From NCBI GenBank assembly GCA_964247055.1, contig OZ176053.1, positions 10,168,001-10,232,000 of the forward strand: 64,000 nucleotides of DNA, read 5' to 3'. Below are positions 50,701-64,000 of this stretch, in pieces; the first letter of the stretch is position 1; each line of letters begins with the position of its first letter. The stretch comes from Paragordius varius (lineage: Eukaryota; Animalia; Nematomorpha). The notes under the pieces are model-generated. The model worked only from the letters and a program-made list of their open reading frames with translations. It had not been told where the DNA came from and did no database searches. The position numbers and the translations under genes were made by a program.

Positions 50701-53700
50701 ATCGTTTCAACGATATCGTAGATGCCAATTTAAAAACGGGTAACATAATTAATATTACTCGCACGTCATTTGATGAATATCTCGAAAACAATGGTATCGA
50801 CAACACTCAAGATTTGGATGAATCGGCAAGAATGAAAGCAAATCAAAATTTTATTCAGGAAAACACAATTGATTTGGGACAAGGGGTAAATTTACGCGTA
50901 ACACCTGAATTTCGAGTCCATAATTTAACGACAAACAATATCAGATATTCTCCTGACATTGAACATGGATTGCGTGATAATGAAGAGGTGTTGGTAGATG
51001 AAAAAATTACTGATCATATCTCAGATTTGACATCCAAATTGGGTGATTTAAACCGACAAATGAGCCTGCATGCCAACAAACTTCGTAGCTCAGTTAAAAA
51101 AAGTGGGACACATACTATAAGCGGCACATGGACAATCCCCAAATTAATTTGTCAAAATGTTGGGAAAACAACCGATACAGAGGATGATGAGATTGGTAAA
51201 ATGCCTCCACCAATTACAACAAACAAACTTAAAATTGGTGTTATTGATAGGACGCTTGATCTAAACGCTCTGGCGGGAAAATGTTTGAATCTTACAGCGG
51301 ATCAGGTAATAGAGGGAAACGTGTATTCATAATAAGTTCATTCTTTTTATAAAACTGACCATTTAATACTATACTGATGTTTGCGTTTGTAAGGTTTCAA
51401 CTCCTCTGGATGTAAAGCATTTAAATTAAATATAATATTTAAATTGTTTATTTCAAAGGACTATACGATTCTTTTGTATTTTGGATATTATAAAGGACAA
51501 TTAATATGTTAGCGTTTTGCCCAAATATTGAAAATATGCCAAAATTAGGTCGTAAAATCTAATCTCGTTTTCAATGGCGGCGTTGAATTCCGCAAGAATG
51601 TATGGGTTCACGGTTTAGTAGATGGGCTTGATACCAAAAATCTTATTTCAGGCACCGCTTCACCCTTAAATAAAAACCGTATAATATACGGGGGGAAAGA
51701 TGGAAAACCAATCATATTTGAATCTCATATAACGTTGCAGAATGATATAACTATAAAAGGAAATCTGAATGTGGATGGGACCCTGAACGATGTTAAGTTT
51801 GACTCAGATAATGTATTGTTTTCAAGCAAGGAACAAGTTATAAAAGGTAAATTAATTTTAGAATTCGTTTGAAATGGATAGAACTGGGTTTAAAAAGTTG
51901 AAAGCTTAAAATTTGGGAGAAAAGATTTTAGGACCCCATATAGTTATGCTAATGGTTTTCAAATCGCGCATTGATTTCACCTATTTGATCCCTTTATAAA
52001 CTGGCGATGGTGTTTAATAATATTTGTAAAAATAAACAGGGGTTATTTAAGTTTAAATTATACATGTACCATATTTTGATAATCTGTAAAGCGCGCTTTT
52101 AGGTTGATTTTAATAATTAATTTGATACAAGGTGACTTTAATTTACAAAACGTGCGTGTGAATGATCTTGTTTTCAATGGATTACTCAATGATAAGAATT
52201 TAACCGTTCTTTGGAATGATACAATTCCCATCAATGATCCCAACAAGAGGTATACCGTCCAAGGCTCCAAAAAGTTTAATCAAAAAGTAACTTTCCAATC
52301 TCCAATTACTCTTTCAAATCCTTCGATAGCTTTGGTAAATGGAGAAAATTTTGTGGACTTGGTGGAAAATGCTCTGACCAAAACCGGTCAACAAACAATT
52401 GAAGGTATAACGATTGAATTTGAAATATTTTACAGTAAAAATAATTTCTTATCACATTTCAATATGACAATATTTATTTTTTAAAGTCCCTATTGCATTT
52501 ACCGGGGAACGTGTATCGTTTGACGAAAATGTTGAATTGGACGGTAAACTGAATGGTTTAAAGTTTCCCGAAGATTTTATGCGCTACTCAGAAACATCAA
52601 AACAAAATGCGATTGTTATGAATGGACCAGTTGTGTTTCAGAATACAGTCAAATTCCGAAACATTTTGACCAACAAGAAAATTGGATCATTGGATATTAG
52701 CAAAGTTATTGTAACGTCGCGGAATGAAACAATAAAAAGTTTAATTGAATATAATACCTAAAATATTCTACAACATTGTTTATCTTTATATTATATTATT
52801 TATATTTTTTTATTCCAATTATGTGTAATAGATCCAATTATTTTTTTGAATCCGATTCAACTACAAAACGATGCCCAAATAAATGGACTAATAAATAATG
52901 ATATTAATTTAACGCATGTTTTGCAAAATGGTCTCCGAACAGATATGCCACAAATCATTGATGGTAATTTTTTTAACATTTTTCAATCTATATAAAAAAT
53001 TTTAGTGGATCAAGTAACGCTCAGGGGTAACATTCATTTCGAACGTGGATTCAACATATCTGGGGAATTAAATGGACAGAATATTAAAACGTTCCTTGAT
53101 GATAGTATTGCGTTGGATGATTCAGAAATTCTGTTCACCAATCCTAACCTTAGACTAAGTTTTGATACATTGGTGGTTGGACAACTTCAAACGCCGCTCC
53201 TGGGTGGCTTTAATCCCAACAAAGATTTCGTAAGGCGAGAAAGTGAATCGACCCAAGAAATAAGAGGACAATACATTTTTGATGAAATAACTTTACACAG
53301 CGACGATAACTCTCTGCTCGGACGCATTAACGGTGAAAATTGGGACATGCTCTTCAACAATGATACTTTGTTGAAGGTTTATTTTATTGCTATATTAGAG
53401 TCAAATAAGATATAATCAAACATGTTATAACATTAAATGTTAACTATTTAGGGTGTACCTCAAATAATTACGGGTAAAAAAACTTTTAACATACCCATAA
53501 CGATTGAATTGGATCTTACATTGGATGGGCTCTTTGATGGGAGGAATTTGTCTGATGCTTTACGGTAACGAATAATTATTTGCTTCAATTTATTTTCTGG
53601 AGTTTCTCACAAATAATTTTGAGTTTTTTGGGGTTATTAGTCTCAGGCATTACATGTAAAAATCAAAAATAAAATTATTTTATATATGTATTTAGGGCTG

Positions 53701-55482
53701 ATCAATTGGCCAATGTTGAACAAGTACTTTTTTATGATTCAGTATACCTGGAATCAGGTTTACGAACTGGTATGATAGAAGTTAACGGGCTAATTAACGG
53801 AAAATATTTGGATCTGGAATTGCAAAATGCTGTATTATTAGAAGGTTTTTTACAATATTCATTAATAAAAAAAATATTTGAAATTGCGAAAAATTCATTT
53901 AACACTAAAACTGTCGCATTCTTAACAGCTTAAATATATAAATAAAATGACAAATAATAAAATTTTTTGGCAGGTGACCAGATTATATATGGTGACAAAA
54001 CCTTTTCTGGTGATGTAACGGTACAAAATTTGTTGGTTGATGGTCATTTCAGTGATCGCAATGTCAAAGATTTTACCACCAATGTCCTTCGCCGCAATGC
54101 CAAAAACCAAATTGTCAGGGGAAAGAAAACGTTTATCGGCTATTCAGTTTCTTTTGAGGATGTTGATATTCAAGGTAATTTATCCATAATTCCATTTTTA
54201 TCAAATTTATAAAATTAGAAATTTGATAGCGGTAATGTTATAAATTAAAATAAATCGTATTCGTCCGAAATAGCTTTATTATATATAATAAAAAATAATC
54301 ATTATCAAAATTAAGTGAAATGTGCAAACTAATTACCTAAAGTAATTTTAAGTTATTACGGAAATCATTAATGCAAAAATAATTCTATAAACTAAAATTT
54401 TAAATTATCAGCAAACAAAATGTTAAATAAAGTAATTTATTTCCATTTTGCAGATACTTTAAATGGGTATCGTTTGAAAGATTTGGAGCATTTATTAACC
54501 AATGATAATGATCAACTGATCGATATTCCAGTTTTGTTTGGGAAAACTGTTGAATCAGAATCCGATATTGAAGTAAAATCTATAAATCAAATTGCATGGG
54601 AAACGTATACTGAGGATTTCATAAATATACAGGATCCTAAGAAGGGTAGTATTGAGTTAGTTTTATGCAGGGGTGTTCAACACATATAGTTTCGCGGATC
54701 GCCTTTTTGACTTAAAAAATTCCGCATAAATATTTTATTAGCTTTTAAACATATGACTGTAAAATGCTAACACAAACTAGATTTTTTCTATTTCGTTGCC
54801 AATAGGATAGACTTTTGAAGAAATTTATTATGCGAAAAACTAATTTTACTAAGATATTGTGAGGAGCATATATTTGTAAATTATAGATTTCCAATTTTTT
54901 CGCGGGCCGTGTGTTGGACACTTCTGTTATAAACAATACGTGTAAGTTGGTATAAAAATTTGCACATTTATATTTTACAACATGTATACAGATTACAATA
55001 TCAAGCGCCATTTATTGTTCGATGAAGTCGAAATACGAGGCAACATATATTCCAATCATCGGGATATTAAAGAAATTCTGTTGTCGGATGTTAAAATGTC
55101 TCAAGATTTAGCTATTCGTGGTCGACCAATAGTTTTTGAACAAAATGTGAGAATAAATTTTGAGTCATTAAGTTTTGAGACTAATTTAGTAGTAAAAACT
55201 ACCATAAATTCCGTGTCCATAAAAGATTGGGCCTTATCATTAAACCTGACGGATTCGGCAAATTCTTTCGAAAATACGAAATTGATAGGTATTTATTTAA
55301 TTATATATTGGTATTAAGTACAGTATTCTTATCAAAAAGTTTTGGAAACATATAGAAAGAAAATAGTTGAATGTTGCTAGCATGATGTTATGTAAAATAG
55401 AGTGTAAAAATAGATTTCTCTATATATTGTCTAAAACACTATGAAACAATGGTATAAAAACAAACTTAAATTTAAGTCATTT

Positions 55483-55550
<68 letters not shown>

Positions 55551-56151
55551 ACAATAAAGGCCATTCGTTTTAAAATTACAGTTTTTTCAAATTTAACGTG
55601 TCCATTGTTTATGGAAAAAATTTTGAATCAATTACATAAACCATTTTATCCAAAAACCTCTAGACCGTATTTATTTATAAGAGTACATTTTAGAAAGTAT
55701 CCGATGTGATAGAATGTTAACCCAAATTAAAGGATATTATCCAATATATTTTATCCATTGGTTTATGTAGGTAAATTGATTTAAGATATAGGGTATTAAT
55801 TGGTATTGTTTTAACTTTCCAAGTCATTTTGCGAATTGGTTCCAGGTTCATTGTTGTTACTTCAAATGGTTTTGAAATTTATTTATCGTTTTAACAGTGT
55901 ATGTTAAAACCAAAAAAAATAATTAAGAAAAATCGAAAAACAAATATAATTTTTTTATCATAACATTATTTTAAAAAAAGTTAACATTAAGACTCAAAAT
56001 AAAAAATAATTGTTTTGGAACCATTAGGGAGCGGCGGGTTCGGCTCTTAATCTTGATACATCTATATTATCGAATATGGGACATTATTTATTTTTCCATC
56101 CCCATTAATATCCTTTATTGACGAAAAAATAATAAAATTTTCATTTTATGC

Positions 56152-56216
<65 letters not shown>

Positions 56217-59200
56217 AAACTTGTAAAAGGTAACGTGATAATTGAGGGAGATTTTACCATAAACAATAATTACAATGGTAAAAATTTCCAAAAACATTTG
56301 GATTCCCTAATATATCTGCAAGATAAATCGGGAAAATCGAAACAAATTATAAGAAACCCCATATTCTTCAAAGACGACGTTGTGTTTAACAAGGTAAATA
56401 AAGTATCTGTGCAACAGTGGCAATCTTTAATTAACCTTCAACACTCTCTCTTTTTATAACTATTTTTAAATTTTAAATTTAAATATTTTCACACATGTTA
56501 AATAATAAATCTTACTTGGCAATATAATAATAAATACATTATAATAATATTTAACTTAAATTTGACTCAATTTGAATTTATAAATGTTACAGGATGTCCA
56601 AATTAAGGGCTTATTCCATGGTTATAATGCAAGTGAGTTATTGAGTCCCAAACATTATGCTTGGAAAAGTAACCCTTGCCCCATCAGTCCAAACGATTTG
56701 ACATTTGCCAAGGGCTTAGTTGTTCAAGATACTCTTCAAATATCCAATCTAGACACAGGAAATAGCAAACGAAATCGATTACCCTATCAAAGTAGCAGGA
56801 ATAAAGGATATGTAAATATCAATGTCCAAGATGATAAGCTAAATGGTTTCCCCATCAGTCAACTCAAAGAAGATGGTGGTGTATGGTATGATGATATTAG
56901 TCAAATTACTATAAATCAACCGATAACGTTTGAAGATGATGTGATAATCCAAGGTACAACGTAATTTCGAAAATATTTCAGCTTATTTGATTTGGATATT
57001 TGGTTATAGCATTGTTTAAACTTTCAATTCTTGATGAAGCCAATGAATATAAAAATTGAAAACATATTTTCAATAATTTATTTTTTCCACTTACCTTAAA
57101 TTTAGTTTTAATAAGTTATCCTTTTATAGTTTACTCCTATTGTACCATTTCTTGAGCATGTTCAATTTTATAAGGAAAATATCCATGCAATTAGATGTTT
57201 AGGATTATCTAAAATTACAATTAACATTTTGATTTGTCTTTACTCTTATATTTAAGCGAATGTGGAAATCGCACCAAACGCTCAACTTAACGATATTCAA
57301 TTGGATCAAATTGTTAATGTGCGTAAAAAGAAACACATTTTCAAAGGCGATAACAATTTAGTTTTTGATCAAGGATACGAGGTTAAAAATGATTTCCATC
57401 TGGTGCCGGCTACAGCCTTGATATTTGGGATTAATTTGACTCATCTTATATCCGATGCCTTGCTTAAACATAAACCACTTGTTTTCCATCAAGATGTAAC
57501 TTTGGATCAATTGAATATCATATTCAATGGCCCTGTCATGTAAAATATATAATCCATTAATAATTTTTTTTGCTTAAATTTCATAATGTTTTTCGATAGC
57601 CTAAAAGGACTTTTTAATGAACACGCCTTCAATAAACATAATCTTCTAACCGTTCATGATCGCCAAACTATTCGCGTTCCAATCGTCTTTGAAAATGGGT
57701 TATGCTGCAAACAAGCAACGATTATCATTGAATCAGATCTAATTAACGATTTGGCCATCTCAAGCCTTGCAACTGATTATGTAATATTTTCTCCCCATAT
57801 CCTTTATATACCATTTACAATTCAAATTCACCCTTGAACAATTCAAATTCACCCTAAAAATAATTTATGTGTTTTTGGGCTAATATATCTCATCATTAAT
57901 ATGAAATATATTTTTACGATATAGTTTATTAGTTTTTCAGTATTATATTAATTTTAAACAATATTTCATTTTTTAAAAATATAAAAAAATATAGGTAATT
58001 TTTAATGTTTAAAAAACAGATAATTTATTTTAAGGTGAATTTGAATTGTTCGAGGGTGAATTTGAATTGTTCAAGGGTGAATTTGAATTGTTTAAGGGTG
58101 AATTTGAACTGTAAATGGTATATTTTACATTTCTCACAACTCTCAAAAAATAAAAAAAACTTTCGTTATAAAATCATAAGCACATTTATATATTAATTTA
58201 TAAATTTGATATAAAAAAGTTACGAATGGATAAAGACCAAACGGTAGATGTATCATGGGAAATAGATGCCCCAGTTATTTTTGCTAACGATGTTACATTG
58301 CAAGGAAATTTAAATGGACGATCTCTTGATACCTTGAATACAGATCTTCAGGAATTAGATGAAGCGTCAAAAGATCTCCAAATTTTGCAAAACACTGCCG
58401 ATGAACAATGCAAAGAATTGAATGTTACATATAATTCGCTGAATAGTATATATATTATTTGTTTTAAAAATTATATTCGATCATACTGTTATATACATAC
58501 ATACTATTTCATAAATATTTTTGTGATTAGATTCCGCTATTTACGTTAAAAACTTGATTTTGCACCAAGAAATAAGAAAGGGCTCCAAAACTGATCCCCT
58601 CCAAATATCGGATGATACGATATCCTCTATTCTACCTTTCAGTCTAGGTCAATCTGATTATCTCTTAATAAGCAGTAAACATAAATGTCCTCTGCGAAAC
58701 TGTTTCCCACATTACCTGTACAGAAAATCAAAATCACAAAATTATTTTCATCCTTTTGAGGTTATAAATATTATATTTTTGTTCCTTAAACAGTGAAATT
58801 AATTGGATTAATAAATCCCTAATTTTGATATAATTCAAGTAGGCATGCTTCTTTTCTCATTACTATCACAAAAACGAATGATTAAAATGATTGTTTTTCT
58901 AATGTGTGAATATATCGCATTTAAAGACTTCTCAAATACTTGATAATTAAAATTTTTGCGAATTCTCAAATTGTATCATAAATTTAAGTTCTCATAAATT
59001 AATCCACGCATATTTTTTGAAAAGATTTCTATACATACGAGGGTAAAAAACAATAAACTTTTTGTTTTTAATTCTTTTTAATATGAATAGCAGACAGACT
59101 ATCATTTAAAGTTTCCTAATCATTTCCATTTTTGCATTTATAGCTATTTACAATTTCTAATTAGGTATTATATACATTACGCAACTCGAAACCCAGTATT

Positions 59201-61867
59201 ATATCCTACAATGATGATATATTTATATTTGTTCCAAACGCTTACTTTGGCAAAGATATTTTGGCCGAAAATGATAAAAGTCCGAACGAAGAAACCGAAA
59301 TTAATCATTGCTCACCATCCATATTTACATCGCAAAAAATATCAAGCCAAAGTTTATTTTTAATTTTGGAGCACAATTGGCATATGTATAAAAATGTTTT
59401 ATCTATATAGATTCTCATGTTAATCCGTCCGATTACTTTCATCAAATCTTTCAACTCAGATTGGAGCAAAATGGCAACAGGAATATCATAGGTCTCTATC
59501 TTTACCAAACTCTGCAAACTAATGTGGCTGTTAAAATAAAAACTTTTGGTCCTAGAGATGAAACCTTAGTTTCCAACACATTGAATTTTGCGTGTTTTGT
59601 TTTAATGCCAAGAGATGGCGGTTCAATATCTACAAAGAAATTTGCCACGCAATACCAGAATGTGACATTAAATGGTTTCGTAGAATCTATGGTTTACTGT
59701 TTAACGGATATTGAGAGAGGATATGTCCATGTTAGCTCCGTGCAAACAAAATTATTGAAACAGGTTTTAGCAATATTTTTAACGGATAAAATAAACGAAT
59801 TAATTTCTTAAAATGTGAAAATTTTGATATTTGCCAAAGGCATGATTTGCTGAGTTAATAACACACTCAACTAACTAATTTATATTAAAGTATGAAATAA
59901 AATGCATACCAAAATTAATTGTTAAAAATTGGGTTATTTGGTTTAAATACGATATTTTTTATTTATACTACCATGTTTGACCTACCCAATTGCGTACCGA
60001 GCATTTGTAGGGCTCAATGTATGAATCTTCGTTTTTTTCTGAAAAAATCGTAACCAATTAGCGTCTTAGCCCTATATTTTATCATACTCGTTAGATTGAC
60101 ATACAACTCATTAATAATGATTTGTACTTGGCTACCATGTATGAAGGCGAAACAGACACCGATGTTTTTTACCAAGCTCCTAATGTATTTAGGTGGGAAA
60201 ATTTTATACCAATTAACCCTGAAATCTCAACAAGTCTGTATCAGGAAGAGACACCTTCCCATGCACATTTTCAACCATTTCAACATTTGAGATTAGTGGG
60301 TGGTAGCAAAGCTAAATTTTTTAATGTACGTGAACACACTTTTTTGGCCATCATTCAGAGAAACGATGGTGCTGGTACTGGGAATCACTTACCTGTTTTG
60401 GTGTATAAGTAAGTTTTTAATTTGTTAAAAACATAATATATATCTGTGTGTGTGTCGTTCAAGGTAACTCATGTTAAATTGCTCAAATTAATTAAAATAT
60501 GTGACTAGTGTAATTTCCATATATAAAGGTATTATAACAATTCTTTTGTACAAAGCGGATTAAAAATAATTTAATAATTTACGTTTTTTGCCAAAAAAAT
60601 GTTTTTAATAATTTACTTTGTTATAGTTTACTTTTCCTAAACTCTATATTTAAAATAAGGTTTTGGTTAGAGCTAGAGTCTCGTTTAATTTCGTTTATTT
60701 GTGACAACCAATTAATAAAATTATTAAATTTTGTTTACACTTAACATAAATCAACTATGTTCTCGAGAAACCTTGATTGATTAAAGAATCAGCCATTTAT
60801 AAATAAACGTTTCACATATGTTTTCTTTTCATGATGTAGGTATCGCGTCGGTAAAAAACCATATTTTGATTTGATCCAAAGCATAGCGACGGTAGGAGCT
60901 AAAAATATTGGATTTATTAACGCTTACCCTGACATAGATTACCTTCTCATCTACTGCGAAGGAATAAATCAGCAAACTCTGAATATCTATCAATTCATGG
61001 GGGCGGCATATTTTGTTGAGCAATATGAGCTTGTTTTTAAAAGTAATAATAATTTTATGACATGTATTTTTTAAAGATGCGTTTATTATTACATTCTTAA
61101 ACATCAAATGTATTTGGGCGAATGGCGATTTTACTTGTTTTAAATTCAACAAAATTTTAAATAATTTACCATTTTTTAGCCAATTGAATATGTACTTTAA
61201 TATAATCAAAAATTGTGGAAATTATTTTAGGATATTAAACGGTTTAAATAAAGATTGAAACTTTTTGAGTTATACAAAGACCACTGGACAGTTTAATCGA
61301 TTTTATGAATCTTATAATATATAGAGAATAAACCATTTAATTTTAAAATAATTCAACTTAAAGCTCTATGTGTTAATAACACCAACCAATCAATTACTTT
61401 TTATGAAATAAATCAAATTAACAAAAAAATAATATGTTTATTTTATGCTAGAGCCCACGTCAAATTTTGAAGTTTTTAAGGGTTTCTTACCTTTCCAAGT
61501 CTATATTGTAACACGGACACAGACTGAAGATATGGTTAAAATTGATTCATCCTTAGTTTTGTCAGAAATTATACGCTTTAATTTTGCCGGCCAAAAACTG
61601 CACGCAATGTTAAAGCTGGCCGAATTAACTGGAATCGAATTGACATGTAGGGTTAACCGTTCGGATTTAAGTCAACTACTATTGACTGAAAGTAATAAAG
61701 ATTACAATAATGAAGGGTCTGATGAAAACGTATATGGTAGTATGGTGGACGACCAGCAGAATTCAATTAAAGAAAACTCAGAAATAGTAGGGAGCCATAA
61801 TGAAAATGCGTATCAAGATGATCAAATAATGCCTGAATATGTGGAAGATACTGAAATAGCCGAATAA
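47741..61867 (+). CDS. Giant multi-exon secreted protein: signal peptide, N-terminal EAR/EPTP repeats, coiled coil, many Q-x-I-x-G-x-K-T-F / NG repeats, C-terminal EAR-like repeats, acidic tail; tentatively Closca/Nasrat/Polehole-like
   Basis: Signal-like LLALLLFCILVIFFHVKG; EAR-type repeats (FQYIPTSGAVDWEFF...FLAVAN, FQELDTRGA, ARDVEHFKIYNNHYLAIAN); central repeats (QTIEG, QIITGKKTF, QIIYGDKTF, QIVRGKKTF, QTIRVPIVF); C-terminal repeats (FQHLRLVGGSKAKFF, LIQSIATVGA). ORF-track fragments 47863-61867 are its exons. The ATG at 47741 as a micro first exon is tentative. Confidence 0.8.
54668..54926. mobile_element. hAT-type MITE (same family as 10926-11196) in an intron of the EAR-repeat gene
   Basis: TIRs CAGGGGTGTTCAACAC / GTGTTGGACACTTCTG with a gcgggcc subterminal motif; no intact TSD seen. 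Confidence 0.7.
55487..55546. repeat. (TA)n microsatellite
   Basis: Pure TA run of ~30 units. Confidence 0.95.
56155..56211. repeat. (TA)n microsatellite
   Basis: Pure AT run; source of the spurious IYIYIY ORFs. Confidence 0.95.
57811..58118. mobile_element. Family C MITE (CCATTT termini, 20-bp subterminal repeats)
   Basis: tata|CCATTTACAATTCAAATTCACCC ... GGGTGAATTTGAACTGTAAATGG|tata; 2 units on the left, 4 on the right. Confidence 0.85.
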
Positions 61868-62123
61868 TTTTATAAAACAGAAGCATTTTTTCAAAAATCA
61901 TAAAATCATTTATTTACTTATTTTTTCATAAAATAATTTATACATTTGGTGCAAAAATTTACTATACAATTTCGATTTTATATATATATATTAACAAAAA
62001 TTATTTTACATGCATTATATGAAAAATTAGTTAATTATTTTTTGTTGTTAAAAACAATATAATATATAAAATATACCAAATAAATGCGATGATAAATTGC
62101 ATAATTTTATATGTAAAGAATTA

Positions 62124-64000
62124 TTAATTAAAAACATTATCAATAGTAGTGGTATTGGTATTATTGCGACAAGTTATATCATAAGATTTCTTACGTTCCA
62201 AGCATTTTGGAAATATACCCCAAATTTTGGGTGAAATACTTGGCTCCAAAATTATTTCGGATTCTGAAAAGGGGGTGCCTTTTACCCTAAAATCACTATT
62301 GTTCTTATCGTTTATTTTATCGTCAACATAATAATTTATGGGGACAATATCCTTGCTTTTGGGTATTTGTGAGAATGAACCAATTTTTTTCTTGTATGAC
62401 TGTCGATAACTTTGCCAAGTTTTAATGCAATAAAATAAGAGTAGGTTGAGCAAAAATATGAGCATGAGTATTAGGGCAATAACTAAAATGGTAAAATTTG
62501 AGCGAGTTAAACAGTAATGGTTTTGGCCCCAACTTACAATACTCAAGTATAAACTACTTGTATTGTTTTCATCATTTTTTAGCTGGGCAGGTGTTACATA
62601 AGGACGGGTTGGTACTTGTTCTTCTTCTCCGGCTTCTTCAGAAATAACAGCTTTGATGTGCCTTCGATCTCGATCTATAATAGAGGTTTTATAGATAGGT
62701 AATAGAAAAACTACTATATCATTCACATTTCAAATTCACCTTTGAACAATCCAAATTCGCCCTTAAAAAATTCAAATTTAAATTATGTTTTTTTAAGATT
62801 AAAAATTACCTTTATTTTATAATATTTTTAAAATATAAAATTTTGTTTAAATTTAATATGATGGAAAAAAATAATTAAACTATGTCGTAAAAATATATTT
62901 CATATTGATGATGAGTTATATTATCCCGAAAACACAATTTATTTTTAGGGTTAAATTTGAATTGTTCAAGGGTGAATTTGTATTGTAAATGATACATAAT
63001 ACACAACACCTAAAAAATTTTGGTGGTCACTTATGAAATCAACAATATGGCAACTTATTCAGCGTTTGCTATATATGAGAATCTTAATATTGATTTAATT
63101 TCCAGAATTCTATAGAATCAATTCATTAATATGTTTATTGTGGTAGGCCTTGGATTTGACCCCAAATATATAATTTTTCATCAAGAAACAAAGAAATAAA
63201 GGCAAAAATTGATTTTATTTAAGCGTAAATTACTTGCTAAATTGAAATCTTCATAGACAACTTTAACACCACTTCTGGCTCGTTCGTCTTTAATAGATCT
63301 ACGTTTTCTGAATTTGATTATTTGTTGGCTTGTTTGATTACCACATCGTGGCTAAATAAATTGGAGAATTTTTAAGAAAATCAGAACAATTTTGAATAAT
63401 TTTTTCTTTGAATCTTTGGACAATAAATTAAATTTATAAAAACCATAAAAATTAAGATTATTTTACCAAATTACAATCGTATCCACAAATAGCAACTTTG
63501 CAATCAAAATACACGTTTTCGTCCTCAGGGAATTTGAAAACTGTAAAATGGGCATATACCGCTTTTCCTCCACCACGAGCCGTTAACACGGTTCTTTGTT
63601 GCTGAGACATAACATAAGGAGACACAGGACACCTTAGAAATTAATGGATAAATGATTATATAAGTAATAAATGTCTTAATTTATCAAAACATTAAATTCT
63701 TTCTAATAAATATTATATATAAACCTACAATTATTTGGAAAATTAAACCAATATTTTAAATCGATAAAAAAATTATATCAATACCCGGCAACATCAAACA
63801 ATGGTAGATTGCGAATACGTTTTCCATCATGGGCATAACAATCATTGATAAAGAAATTGTAATTATCTATTAATTATTTTTTGACAAAATAATATATAAT
63901 CCACAAAAATTAGAACCGAATTTCCAAATGGTAGTGTTTAAACCGTTAAATATAATTATTCAAAAATAAATCCTAAATTTTAAGAATATTTTTGCATTCA
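62124..64000 (-). CDS. ZP-domain (cuticlin/dusky-like) transmembrane protein, 3' part; exons ~63785-63860, 63467-63632, 63234-63351, 62124-62674; 5' end lies beyond the window
   Basis: CYAHDGK...LFDVAG|CPVSPY...VYAHFTVFKFPEDENVYFDCKVAICGYDC is the ZP-C signature; furin site RKRR; single TM segment (FTILVIALILMLIFLLNLLLFYCI) and cytoplasmic tail. Confidence 0.88.
62719..62992. mobile_element. Family C MITE in the last intron of the ZP gene
   Basis: ta|tcattcacatttcaaattcacc ... gggtgaatttgtattgtaaatga|ta; internal sequence shared with 24313 and 57811. Confidence 0.75.

Noticed and set aside
56115-56297. ORFs containing IYIYIY runs (also 17605-17793)
   Set aside because: Translations of (TA)n microsatellites.
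51550-57840. Tail-fibre-like repeats as an integrated prophage or contaminant
   Set aside because: Repeats are split by GT-AG introns containing host MITEs and are continuous with eukaryotic EAR exons; no other phage genes are present.

Overview
Very AT-rich eukaryotic (metazoan, probably invertebrate) genomic DNA with intron-containing genes and dense transposon debris; it is not prokaryotic. Eight protein-coding genes could be reconstructed by hand: GMPPB (+, 7 exons), two paralogous secreted single-vWA-domain genes (+), SRFBP1/BUD22 (-), EED/esc (+, 11 exons, intron 3 filled with RTE LINEs), PRMT9 (-), a 14-kb gene for a giant secreted protein with EAR/EPTP repeats at both ends and many tail-fibre-like repeats (+, tentatively Closca/Nasrat/Polehole-like), and the 3' part of a ZP-domain (cuticlin-like) membrane protein gene (-). 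Mobile DNA includes a Chapaev3-type CMC transposon nested in an RTE remnant, a non-autonomous Helitron, two piggyBac-type MITE families, hAT MITEs, an unclassified CCATTT-ended TA-flanked family and several RTE LINEs. The most striking signal is a recurrent class of 20-25 nt GT-AG introns that must be spliced to keep conserved reading frames, including one apparent micro-intron that has become coding. All homology calls are from recognition of motifs by eye; no searches were run. Exon coordinates were counted manually and may be off by a few bases.
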